Assembly (NCBI GenBank): GCA_021789995.1
Contig: JAJYIQ010000003.1
Coordinates: 7,767 to 71,766 of the forward strand
Origin: a bacterium
Lineage (GTDB): Bacteria; Patescibacteriota; Microgenomatia; UBA1406; GWC2-37-13
DNA length: 64,000 nucleotides
Direction: 5' to 3'
The translations under genes and the position numbers were made by a program. The notes under the pieces were generated by a model. The model was not told the origin of the DNA. It worked only from the letters and a program-made list of their open reading frames with translations, and searched no databases. Shown here in pieces: positions 1-7,183 of the stretch; position 1 is the stretch's first letter, and each line of letters opens with the position of its first letter.

Positions 1-216
1 GACAGGCTGACTATCGAACAATTCTTGAACTTATCAAAAAACGCCGGTAATATCGTCCAATCGGCAGACGCGGTAGGTAAAGACCAAATTGTCAGGGAAA
101 TATTCTTGAACCTAGAAGTTGATGAGGAAAAAGTGGCGTTGTATCGGCTCAAAGAGCCATTTGCCACACTGCTTAAACAGCGACAAATACTACCTAGTCG
201 GGACGGCGAGACTTGA
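1..216 (+). CDS. C-terminal part of a probable site-specific (large serine) recombinase, truncated by window start
   Basis: Frame open from base 1 (DRLTIEQFLNLSKNAG...IFLNLEVDEEKVALYRLKEPF). The last codons overlap the antisense 3' end of tRNA-Pro, as expected for an integrase at an att site. Catalytic domain not in window. Confidence 0.45.
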   Translation, partial: DRLTIEQFLNLSKNAGNIVQSADAVGKDQIVREIFLNLEVDEEKVALYRLKEPFATLLKQRQILPSRDGET

Positions 217-271
217 ACTCGCGACCTTACGCTCCCAAAGCGTACGTTCTAGCCATCTGAACTACGTCCCG
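196..271 (-). tRNA. tRNA-Pro (TGG)
   Basis: CGGGACG TA GTTC AGATGGCTA GAAC G TACGC TT TGG GA GCGTA AGGTC GCGAG TTCAAGT CTCGC CGTCCCG A forms a full cloverleaf. Followed by CTA, not CCA. Confidence 0.95.
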
Positions 272-510
272 TATAAATGAATAATATTTTTAAGTAATTC
301 CCTTCCTTTTCCACTCTTCAAAAATTTTTCTCTTATTAATGCTGTCTTTTTAGAACTATATTCTTCTTTATAAACGAGTTTCCACGGACCTTTATTCTTA
401 GTGTATCCGCTTAAATTGTTGTTATGATACCACAATCGCTTATTTAAATCCGATGTTATTCCTTTATATAGCTTACCTTCTTTATTTGTTAAAACATAAA
501 CTATTTGCAT
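262..510 (-). CDS. Small stand-alone GIY-YIG nuclease (82 aa)
   Basis: VYVL...LYKGITSDLNKRLWYHN...YTK..GPW.LVY.E...A..RE.FLKSG.GR pattern. AT-rich. Stop codon TAG lies within tRNA-Pro. Confidence 0.9.
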   Translation of the reverse strand: MQIVYVLTNKEGKLYKGITSDLNKRLWYHNNNLSGYTKNKGPWKLVYKEEYSSKKTALIREKFLKSGKGRELLKNIIHLYGT

Positions 511-521
511 TATGCTTATTT

Positions 522-602
522 TGGTCGGGACGGCCCGCCTTAGGCGGGCGACCTTGCGGTCCCATCCGCCAAAGGCGGACTATCCATCTGAACTACGTCC
601 CG
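522..602 (-). pseudogene. Degenerate tRNA-Pro copy carrying two CCGCC-n3-GGCGG hairpins
   Basis: CGGGACGTAGTTCAGATGGATAG[TCCGCCTTTGGCGGA]TGGGACCGCAAGGTCGC[CCGCCTAAGGCGG]GCCGTCCCGACCA aligns end to end with the tRNA at 196-271. Confidence 0.85.
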
Positions 603-642
603 TGTTTTACTATTTTATCACACATTCGGGTACAATGATTGT

Positions 643-1182
643 ATGCGCCGGCTGCCAAGACTGACAAAAAAACGGGTCATTTCGGCCATCGCGGTAATCA
701 TAATCAGCATCATCGGGCAATTTCTTCTTCCATCGTCCAAATTACCCAATCCCTCGCCACCGGTTGCTCCTCCTTCAACATCACCAACATACGCCAAAGT
801 CATAAGAGTCATTGACGGCGATACCATTGAAATCGCCGGTGGTCAACGGGTACGCTATATCGGTATCAATACATCGGAACTGGCAACTGCCAAAAAGCCG
901 GATGAATGCTTTGCCCGGGCGGCTTCTGATAAAAACAAGGAGTTAGTCGAAGGCAAAACTATCCGCTTGGAAAAAGACATTTCCAACACCGATAAATATG
1001 GCCGCCTGCTACGCTATATTTATCTAAATGATTTGATGGTTAATGATTATCTGGTAAAAGAAGGTTATGCCAAAGCAACACCGATCCGACCCGATATCAA
1101 ATATGCCAAAATTTTTGCCGCCAGTCAGATAGAGGCAAAAAAGGCGGCGAAAGGTTTATGGCAACAATGCCAACAGTTGTGA
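643..1182 (+). CDS. Thermonuclease (SNase) family protein with N-terminal membrane anchor
   Basis: VIDGDTI, VRYIGIN, DKYGRLLRY, LVKEGYA, KGLW motifs. Confidence 0.9.
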   Translation: MRRLPRLTKKRVISAIAVIIISIIGQFLLPSSKLPNPSPPVAPPSTSPTYAKVIRVIDGDTIEIAGGQRVRYIGINTSELATAKKPDECFARAASDKNKELVEGKTIRLEKDISNTDKYGRLLRYIYLNDLMVNDYLVKEGYAKATPIRPDIKYAKIFAASQIEAKKAAKGLWQQCQQL

Positions 1183-1791
1183 CTTTTTGAAGGAAAAATG
1201 TTTTTTTTCACGCTTAATTAACTTTCTTCTTTCCAGGTCGTTTAAAATAGTGGTTACGATTTGCCGTGATACACCAAGCATTTGTGCTAATTGCTCATGG
1301 GTAAATTTGTCCGTTATCAACATTTCATCCGAAGTATTTTCGTTGGTACTTCCCAAATAAATCAGCAGTTTTATCAATTTTTGGAACACGTTATCAATTG
1401 CTATCGAAGCGCTCTTTCTGTTTAAAATCGACAACCGCTGAACAAGATATTTAATTATTTTTATCGCTAATTGAGGTTGTCGCTGTAAGAAAAAGAAGAA
1501 TGTATCGGATTTCATTGACAATACACAAGTATCCTCAACCGCTTCCATATACATATCCGGCCCAGAATCCAGTTGGAAATCGCCGAATATGTTGCCGGAT
1601 TTAAAATAATCAACAATATATTTTCCGCCTTCTTCATCCAGATGGTAGAATTCGACTCTTCCCTGTTTAACAATAAACAGCTTGTTTCCATCACCTGTCC
1701 GGTAAATAATTTCACCCTTATGATAATTTTTTTCTTCGGCATTATTATTTAACGCGGAAAAATCTTCGGTTTTTATGCGTATTTTATCCAT
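1156..1791 (-). CDS. Crp/Fnr family transcriptional regulator
   Basis: cNMP-binding fold (GNIFGD) plus HTH THEQLAQMLGVSRQIVT. Confidence 0.9.
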   Translation of the reverse strand: MDKIRIKTEDFSALNNNAEEKNYHKGEIIYRTGDGNKLFIVKQGRVEFYHLDEEGGKYIVDYFKSGNIFGDFQLDSGPDMYMEAVEDTCVLSMKSDTFFFFLQRQPQLAIKIIKYLVQRLSILNRKSASIAIDNVFQKLIKLLIYLGSTNENTSDEMLITDKFTHEQLAQMLGVSRQIVTTILNDLERRKLIKREKKHFSFKKSQLLALLP

Positions 1792-1890
1792 TTTGTGCCA
1801 TTATAAACTGTTTGCGTTAAAAACAGGTTAAAAATTTGCTAATATAATATATAGATCTCATCGTATAGAATTCTATCTATATATTGTGTA

Positions 1891-2787
1891 ATGTTTATAT
1901 CATACCTCAAAAATAAAAAGAGTCAAGTGGATGACGAATTGCTAAAAATCCTTGAAAACCAAAAACCATTCCTGGGCACCGCTTCTTCCTGGGGACCGGA
2001 AGCAATAGATAAGCTGGAACGGTTTGCCGTTGCCGGCAAAACTATCCGCGGCAGCCTCGTTTTTTTGGGGGCGGAAATGTTTGGCTATAGGGATAACAGA
2101 GTTTTACTGCCCCTCGCCTGCGCCATGGAGCTTATCCATTCGGCCTTCCTCGTCCACGACGATATTATGGACAATGATTTAACCAGACGCGGCGGTCCAG
2201 CAATCTATGCCAGCTACTTGCCGTCCGGGCCGGTTGATTTTGCCAAATCAATGGGCATCTGTGTTGGTGATTTGAGCTTGTTTTTAGGCATCCATTGCAT
2301 TGGACTTATCAAAACCGATGCCCGCTTGCAGGCGGCAATCATCCGAAAATTAACGTCAGAAATTAGCAAAGTGGGGGTTGCCCAGATGGCCGATGTTTAT
2401 TTCAGTACAAACAAACATGAACCGACATTGGCTGAGATTAATAAATTATATTTATATAAAACCGCCCGCTACACTGTTTCCCTACCGCTTACCCTCGGTG
2501 TCATCGCTGCCGGTAAACCACCGAAGATCATTCACCAAGTGGAAAAATTAGGTGAAAGTATCGGAATGATCTTTCAAATAAGAGATGATGAATTCGACTT
2601 AAAGGCTGATATCCGGGAAAATAAAAAAACCCTGATTCGGAAGTTAAATAATCCGTCTTTAGTGAAGAAAAAAATTAATCGGTTGGCATCCCAAGTAAGA
2701 ACCATCATCGCTTCACTTCCGGTGAGCAGTGAGTATAAAAAATTACTTCTCGATATGCTCTATTTTATGGAAAGGAGAGAAAAATGA
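1891..2787 (+). CDS. Polyprenyl synthetase
   Basis: GKTIRG, ELIHSAFLVHDDIMDND..RRG, KTARY, FQIRDD. Confidence 0.9.
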   Translation: MFISYLKNKKSQVDDELLKILENQKPFLGTASSWGPEAIDKLERFAVAGKTIRGSLVFLGAEMFGYRDNRVLLPLACAMELIHSAFLVHDDIMDNDLTRRGGPAIYASYLPSGPVDFAKSMGICVGDLSLFLGIHCIGLIKTDARLQAAIIRKLTSEISKVGVAQMADVYFSTNKHEPTLAEINKLYLYKTARYTVSLPLTLGVIAAGKPPKIIHQVEKLGESIGMIFQIRDDEFDLKADIRENKKTLIRKLNNPSLVKKKINRLASQVRTIIASLPVSSEYKKLLLDMLYFMERREK

Positions 2788-3401
2788 AATTTTATCTGTG
2801 GATAGGCCTATTATTTCTGTTGTCTTTTTTTTGCTTTACTTTCATCGTAAAAACGGGGTTATTAGCCGGTTTTGACTACAATGCGACCGTCAAAATCCAA
2901 AATCACGTCCCAAAAAATTTGGATGCCGTTTTATCATTCTTCAGCCTGTTAGGCAGCGTGGAAGTCCTGTCAGTCGCATTGTTCATTGTTCTCCTTTTCC
3001 ACCGGAAACTGCTTGCCTTTACTTCGCTGTTTATTTTTTTCCTGGCTCACCTGATTGAAATTATCGGAAAATCTTTCCTTTATCACCCAGGGCCGCCATT
3101 CCAATTTTTCCGCTATGACCTACCGTTTCTTTTCCCCAGCTCCTATGTCCAGCCCGGTTCGTCATACCCCTCAGGCCACAGCTTAAGGATTATTTTTGTA
3201 GCTATCGTTTTCACCTTTATTGTGCAAAAAAATAAAAAGCTTCGGCCGATGACTAAAACATTACTTCAGTTTTTGATCGTTGCCTTTACGGCAGCCATGC
3301 TGGTCACCCGCATCAGTTTGGGCGAGCACTGGTCAACCGACGTCATCGGCGGTTTGCTTCTCGGAATCAGTTTTGGCTTATTCTCCCTGATGTTTCTTTA
3401 A
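2784..3401 (+). CDS. PAP2 family membrane phosphatase
   Basis: SYPSGH and RISLGEHWSTDVIGG motifs. Confidence 0.85.
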   Translation: MKFYLWIGLLFLLSFFCFTFIVKTGLLAGFDYNATVKIQNHVPKNLDAVLSFFSLLGSVEVLSVALFIVLLFHRKLLAFTSLFIFFLAHLIEIIGKSFLYHPGPPFQFFRYDLPFLFPSSYVQPGSSYPSGHSLRIIFVAIVFTFIVQKNKKLRPMTKTLLQFLIVAFTAAMLVTRISLGEHWSTDVIGGLLLGISFGLFSLMFL

Positions 3402-3580
3402 ACGGATTTCAATTTATCGATTAAAGCAGTCAGTTTATTAATTTGCTCATCCATTTTTTGCAGATATACCTGGGTTCGTTTTTCATTCTTATACCTATCC
3501 TTAAGCAGGTAAACATAAACTTTCAGACTGGTAAGAGGAGTTTTCAGATCATGGATAACAGTGTCATTCATAGCTGACAT
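3398..3580 (-). CDS. Stand-alone HisKA (DHp)-like mini protein
   Basis: H-box HDLKTPLTSLK followed by a second helix; no HATPase domain. Confidence 0.6.
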   Translation of the reverse strand: MSAMNDTVIHDLKTPLTSLKVYVYLLKDRYKNEKRTQVYLQKMDEQINKLTALIDKLKSV

Positions 3581-3746
3581 TATACTGGAAACAACTACCC
3601 GTCGCCCCTTTTAAAAACAGATTAGATCTAATTTATCAAAAAACAATTAACTATCGGTAATACTTTCGTAAGAAAATGCCGAATGCCTTACTCAACCTTT
3701 ACCTGACTATTATTAGGATTTCACACTGTTATTTTATTCTTTTTTC

Positions 3747-3857
3747 ATGAAAAGATTTTTCAAAAAAAATAGGGAGCAAATTGAATTTGTACGCGAACAA
3801 TTTATCAAATTACGGGCCAAGAAATTATCAGTTCCCGTCAGTTTAATCAAATTATGA
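3747..3857 (+). CDS. Small basic protein (36 aa), below ORF-track cutoff
   Basis: MKRFFKKNREQIEFVREQFIKLRAKKLSVPVSLIKL; ATGA-coupled to the next small ORF. Confidence 0.45.
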   Translation: MKRFFKKNREQIEFVREQFIKLRAKKLSVPVSLIKL

Positions 3858-3937
3858 AAAGACAAAAACTACTGCGGCAGTTGAAAAGATCCTTATTAGG
3901 ACAATTTTATATTCTGCTGACCGCACCGATCAAATAA
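3854..3937 (+). CDS. Small basic protein (27 aa)
   Basis: MKRQKLLRQLKRSLLGQFYILLTAPIK; start overlaps the previous stop (ATGA). Confidence 0.35.
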   Translation: MKRQKLLRQLKRSLLGQFYILLTAPIK

Positions 3938-3960
3938 CCATTCGAATATAAGGCGTAAGT

Positions 3961-4635
3961 CTATTCTTTTATCATGTAGCCGAAACCACGGATCGAACGA
4001 AGAAGTTTTTTATTGAAGCCGGCGTCAATCTTTTTCCGCAGGTATCCCATATAGACATCAACAACGCGGGTTTCAATATCATAAGAATAAATCCATATCC
4101 GGTTCAGGATCATGTCCCTGGTCAGCACTTTTCCCTGATTGCTCATCAGGTAATGCAGTAATTTGAATTCTTGGGGTGTCAATTTAATTTTCTTACCTTT
4201 GCGCACGACTTCGACAGTTTTAGTATCCATTTCCAGATCGCCGACTTTCAGTTTGGAATCGTCGGTCGTATTATGGGCGCGTAGATGCGCTTTTACCCGG
4301 GCTAAAAGTTCCACCATTTCAAACGGTTTCGGGATATAATCGTCTGCACCCAAGTTCAACCCTTTAACAATATCATCGGTTGTCCCCTTGGCTGTCAGAA
4401 TAATTATGGGTATGTCGGGATACATTTTTTTAATTTCGGCACAGACGGTTTCTCCACCCATCGTCGGCAGACCCAAGTCGAGAATCACCAGATCGGGCGG
4501 CGATTTTTTAATTAGACGTAAAGCGACTGCACCGTCGTTAACCCCTTTCGCCGAATAACCGCTGTCAAGCAATTTATCTTTTACAAAATCGCGCAGGTCG
4601 GTATTATCCTCAACAACAATTATTGAATTTGACAT
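3961..4635 (-). CDS. OmpR/PhoB family response regulator
   Basis: VVEDN, DLVILDLGLP, GADDYIPKPF, winged helix ending RSIRGFGY. Confidence 0.95.
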   Translation of the reverse strand: MSNSIIVVEDNTDLRDFVKDKLLDSGYSAKGVNDGAVALRLIKKSPPDLVILDLGLPTMGGETVCAEIKKMYPDIPIIILTAKGTTDDIVKGLNLGADDYIPKPFEMVELLARVKAHLRAHNTTDDSKLKVGDLEMDTKTVEVVRKGKKIKLTPQEFKLLHYLMSNQGKVLTRDMILNRIWIYSYDIETRVVDVYMGYLRKKIDAGFNKKLLRSIRGFGYMIKE

Positions 4636-4669
4636 GATTGAAATTTAACTGACAATCGAAAGTATATTG

Positions 4670-4726
4670 TTAAGATTCTGTAAGAGAAATGTAAGAATTG
4701 ATCATTTCCCTTACCGATATCTTACT
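4670..4726. promoter_or_regulatory. Tandem (G/T)TAAGA boxes, candidate OmpR-type operator
   Basis: TTAAGA 4670, GTAAGA 4680 and GTAAGA 4691 (10-11 nt period), plus inverted CTTAC pair at 4710/4721, upstream of the response regulator. Confidence 0.4.
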
Positions 4727-4861
4727 TCCTTCTTGTGGTATTTTCAATAAGGGAGATGATAATGATTTATAGAAAGGAGGGACCGATTATGTGAAATACT
4801 TGACAAATAGGTAATGACAGCGGGCAATAATGGACAGTTTTCTAATCAAAAAATATGAAAC

Positions 4862-4896
4862 AGATAGCCGCCACAGACGGCTATCTTGTTTTTTTT
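4862..4896 (+). terminator. Intrinsic terminator
   Basis: AGATAGCCG-ccacaga-CGGCTATCT stem followed by a T-tract. Confidence 0.7.
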
Positions 4897-4959
4897 AAAC
4901 ACCAGACTTGACAAATTCATTCTGCTATATTAAACTTACATATAGATGAGGAATTATTT

Positions 4960-5313
4960 ATGAGAAAATACTGCGCCCAGGTTATTTTGGAAAATTTTTT
5001 TGAGCCGTGTATTCTATATCTTTTATTAAAAAAACCCAATTACGGATACGAACTGAGTAAGAATCTAAAAGACCGTTGTGAATGTGATGTTAATATCGGT
5101 AATCTATATCGGGGATTAAACCGTTTGGTAAAAGAAGGTTATATTACCAAGAAAAAAAAGAAAAGTAATATCGGCCCGACAAAAATCGTTTATACGATAA
5201 CCGAATCAGGCAAAAACTATTTACGCACCTGGATTGAGAGCTTAAAAAAACAAAAAGATACTATCAATAAGTTAATTACCAATTATCATCATTATTATGA
5301 AACAAGTCACTAA
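4960..5313 (+). CDS. PadR family transcriptional regulator
   Basis: ILYLL...YGYEL...GNLYRGLNRL..EGYI...YTITESG. Confidence 0.85.
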   Translation: MRKYCAQVILENFFEPCILYLLLKKPNYGYELSKNLKDRCECDVNIGNLYRGLNRLVKEGYITKKKKKSNIGPTKIVYTITESGKNYLRTWIESLKKQKDTINKLITNYHHYYETSH

Positions 5314-5875
5314 GACTAATTTTAAGGAGGAAGTTGTCAATTTCCAGGGCGTCATTGTCGCCGATTTTTATGCCGACTGGTGCGGGCCGTGCAAAATGCT
5401 TTCCCCCATGATCGAAGATATGGACAAGGAAAACAAGGATAAACACGTGAAATTCATCAAAGTCAACGTCGATGAAGAACAAGCATTGGCCGAACTTTTT
5501 AGCGTTATGAGCATTCCGACAGTTATTTTTTTCAAAGACGGGAAAATGGTCAACCAACGGGTCGGCGTTACGTCAAAAGAAGATTACCGAAGCTTGATTG
5601 ACCAGGCAAAATCCGAACCGGCAGACAAAGCCAAAGACGGTAAAAAGGAAGTGATTATTTTTACGACACCCACTTGCCCTTATTGCCACATGACTAAAGA
5701 CTATTTGAAACAAAAAAACGTTACTTATAAGGAAATCGATGTCTCCCGCGACCAGGCCTGGGCGATCAAAATGGTCCAGAAATCCGGCCAGATGGGTGTA
5801 CCACAACTATGGATCGGTGATCAGACGGTCATTGGTTTCAACCGGCCGCAGATTGATATGTTATTAAATCTTTAA
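5297..5875 (+). CDS. Thioredoxin fused to a C-terminal glutaredoxin/NrdH-like domain
   Basis: WCGPC, then TPTCPYC and GQMGVP. Confidence 0.9.
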   Translation: MKQVTKTNFKEEVVNFQGVIVADFYADWCGPCKMLSPMIEDMDKENKDKHVKFIKVNVDEEQALAELFSVMSIPTVIFFKDGKMVNQRVGVTSKEDYRSLIDQAKSEPADKAKDGKKEVIIFTTPTCPYCHMTKDYLKQKNVTYKEIDVSRDQAWAIKMVQKSGQMGVPQLWIGDQTVIGFNRPQIDMLLNL

Positions 5876-5876
5876 T

Positions 5877-6173
5877 ATGCAAACTTTGCAGCCTATCGGA
5901 GACAAAATTTTAGTCGAACCGGTAAAAAACGAAAATTACACCAAATCCGGTATTTATCTCCCGGAGACGGCCAACAATAAAACCACTAAGATTGCCAAAG
6001 TGGTTTCCCTCGGCGATGACAAATTGCTTACCGGCAAAGTCGCCCCCCGCGATACCGTCATAATCAATTCCTTTTCCGGACAGGAAGTGATCTTGGATAA
6101 TAAACAGTATCTGGTGATTGTCTTAAATGATATATTGGGAAAATTGGTTGATACCCAGTCCCTGAAAAAATGA
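5877..6173 (+). CDS. groES: Co-chaperonin GroES-like protein
   Basis: LQPIGDKILVE, TKSGIYLP, DILG. Confidence 0.8.
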   Translation: MQTLQPIGDKILVEPVKNENYTKSGIYLPETANNKTTKIAKVVSLGDDKLLTGKVAPRDTVIINSFSGQEVILDNKQYLVIVLNDILGKLVDTQSLKK

Positions 6174-6601
6174 TTAAAAGCCATTATTGCCGGGGAGTTT
6201 TTATTGTTTCTTTTGCCGTTGGTTATTTACTTATCCCCAGAGTTTTGTTTTCCCGCTATACTCTATTAGTTTTGATATTCATAACTTTATTTGCTCTCAA
6301 CATTACCTGCATCATTTATCATATAAAAGAACGGGTGAAGACAGCCAGATTCTATAAAAGATCTATTTGGGGAATTATTGCTTCAGCGGTCGGCCTATCG
6401 GTTTTACAGGTCTGCGGCATCGGCTCCCCAATGTGCGGTGCCTCAATTAGCATGGGCATCTTCTCCACCTTTTTTCCCCATATTATTTTGCCTTTTGTCC
6501 AGCAATACGGTCCGTATCTGATAATTTTGTCGATTGTCCTACAAATTGCCTCGCTTTACTCAATGAAGTGCTTTTTCCCGCCGCATCGACTGCAACACTA
6601 A
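6170..6601 (+). CDS. Membrane protein with CGIGSPMCG motif
   Basis: About four hydrophobic segments; overlaps the groES stop. Confidence 0.7.
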   Translation: MIKSHYCRGVFIVSFAVGYLLIPRVLFSRYTLLVLIFITLFALNITCIIYHIKERVKTARFYKRSIWGIIASAVGLSVLQVCGIGSPMCGASISMGIFSTFFPHIILPFVQQYGPYLIILSIVLQIASLYSMKCFFPPHRLQH

Positions 6602-7183
6602 GTCGGCTTCCCGGAGTGCCGCGTCTTTGTGGCTCCCTAAATAGCTTGGGGCATTGATTAAACCGATTAAATAAGCAGCTTCGTCAAGGGAAACGACCAT
6701 CGCCGGCCGCTGGAAATAAAATTCGCTTGCCTTTTCGATTCCATAGGTATTATTGCCGTAATAGATCGAGTTGAGATATAGTTCGAGAATGGTATTTTTG
6801 GGATATTCGGCGGTTGCCGTTACCGCCAGTATTTTTGTCAATATATCCGTTCTCAAATCATCAATATCGCTGAAATAAACGTTTTTGATCAATTGTTCGG
6901 TAATCGTACTCGCCCCCTGTCTTTTACCGGTAGTAAGCGTATAGTAAATAGCTCTTGCCGTTCCCCGCAGGTCAATGCCGGAATTGGTGGAAAAACGCTC
7001 GTCTTGGGAAGCGATGGCCGCCTCCCGAATGTTACGGTTGATTCCCGATAAAGACACATACGTGCCACCTTTTTGCTGTAGTGCTAATTTGGCTTTTTGG
7101 GGCATATCAGCCAGAAAACGGACGGAACAATAACCGGTGGCAAAAACGGCAACGATAAAAAATATAATTATTATTTTTTTCAT
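6560..7183 (-). CDS. Monofunctional peptidoglycan transglycosylase (GT51)
   Basis: QDERF..NSGID, QGASTITEQLIKN, ILELYLNSIYYG. Likely start MKKIII at 7183. The usual EDxRF reads QDERF. Confidence 0.8.
   Translation of the reverse strand: MKKIIIIFFIVAVFATGYCSVRFLADMPQKAKLALQQKGGTYVSLSGINRNIREAAIASQDERFSTNSGIDLRGTARAIYYTLTTGKRQGASTITEQLIKNVYFSDIDDLRTDILTKILAVTATAEYPKNTILELYLNSIYYGNNTYGIEKASEFYFQRPAMVVSLDEAAYLIGLINAPSYLGSHKDAALREADLVLQSMRREKALH

Noticed and set aside
453..638. 61-aa plus-strand ORF (…GRPALGGRPCGPIRQRR…)
   Set aside because: Antisense read-through of the pseudo-tRNA and GIY-YIG gene.
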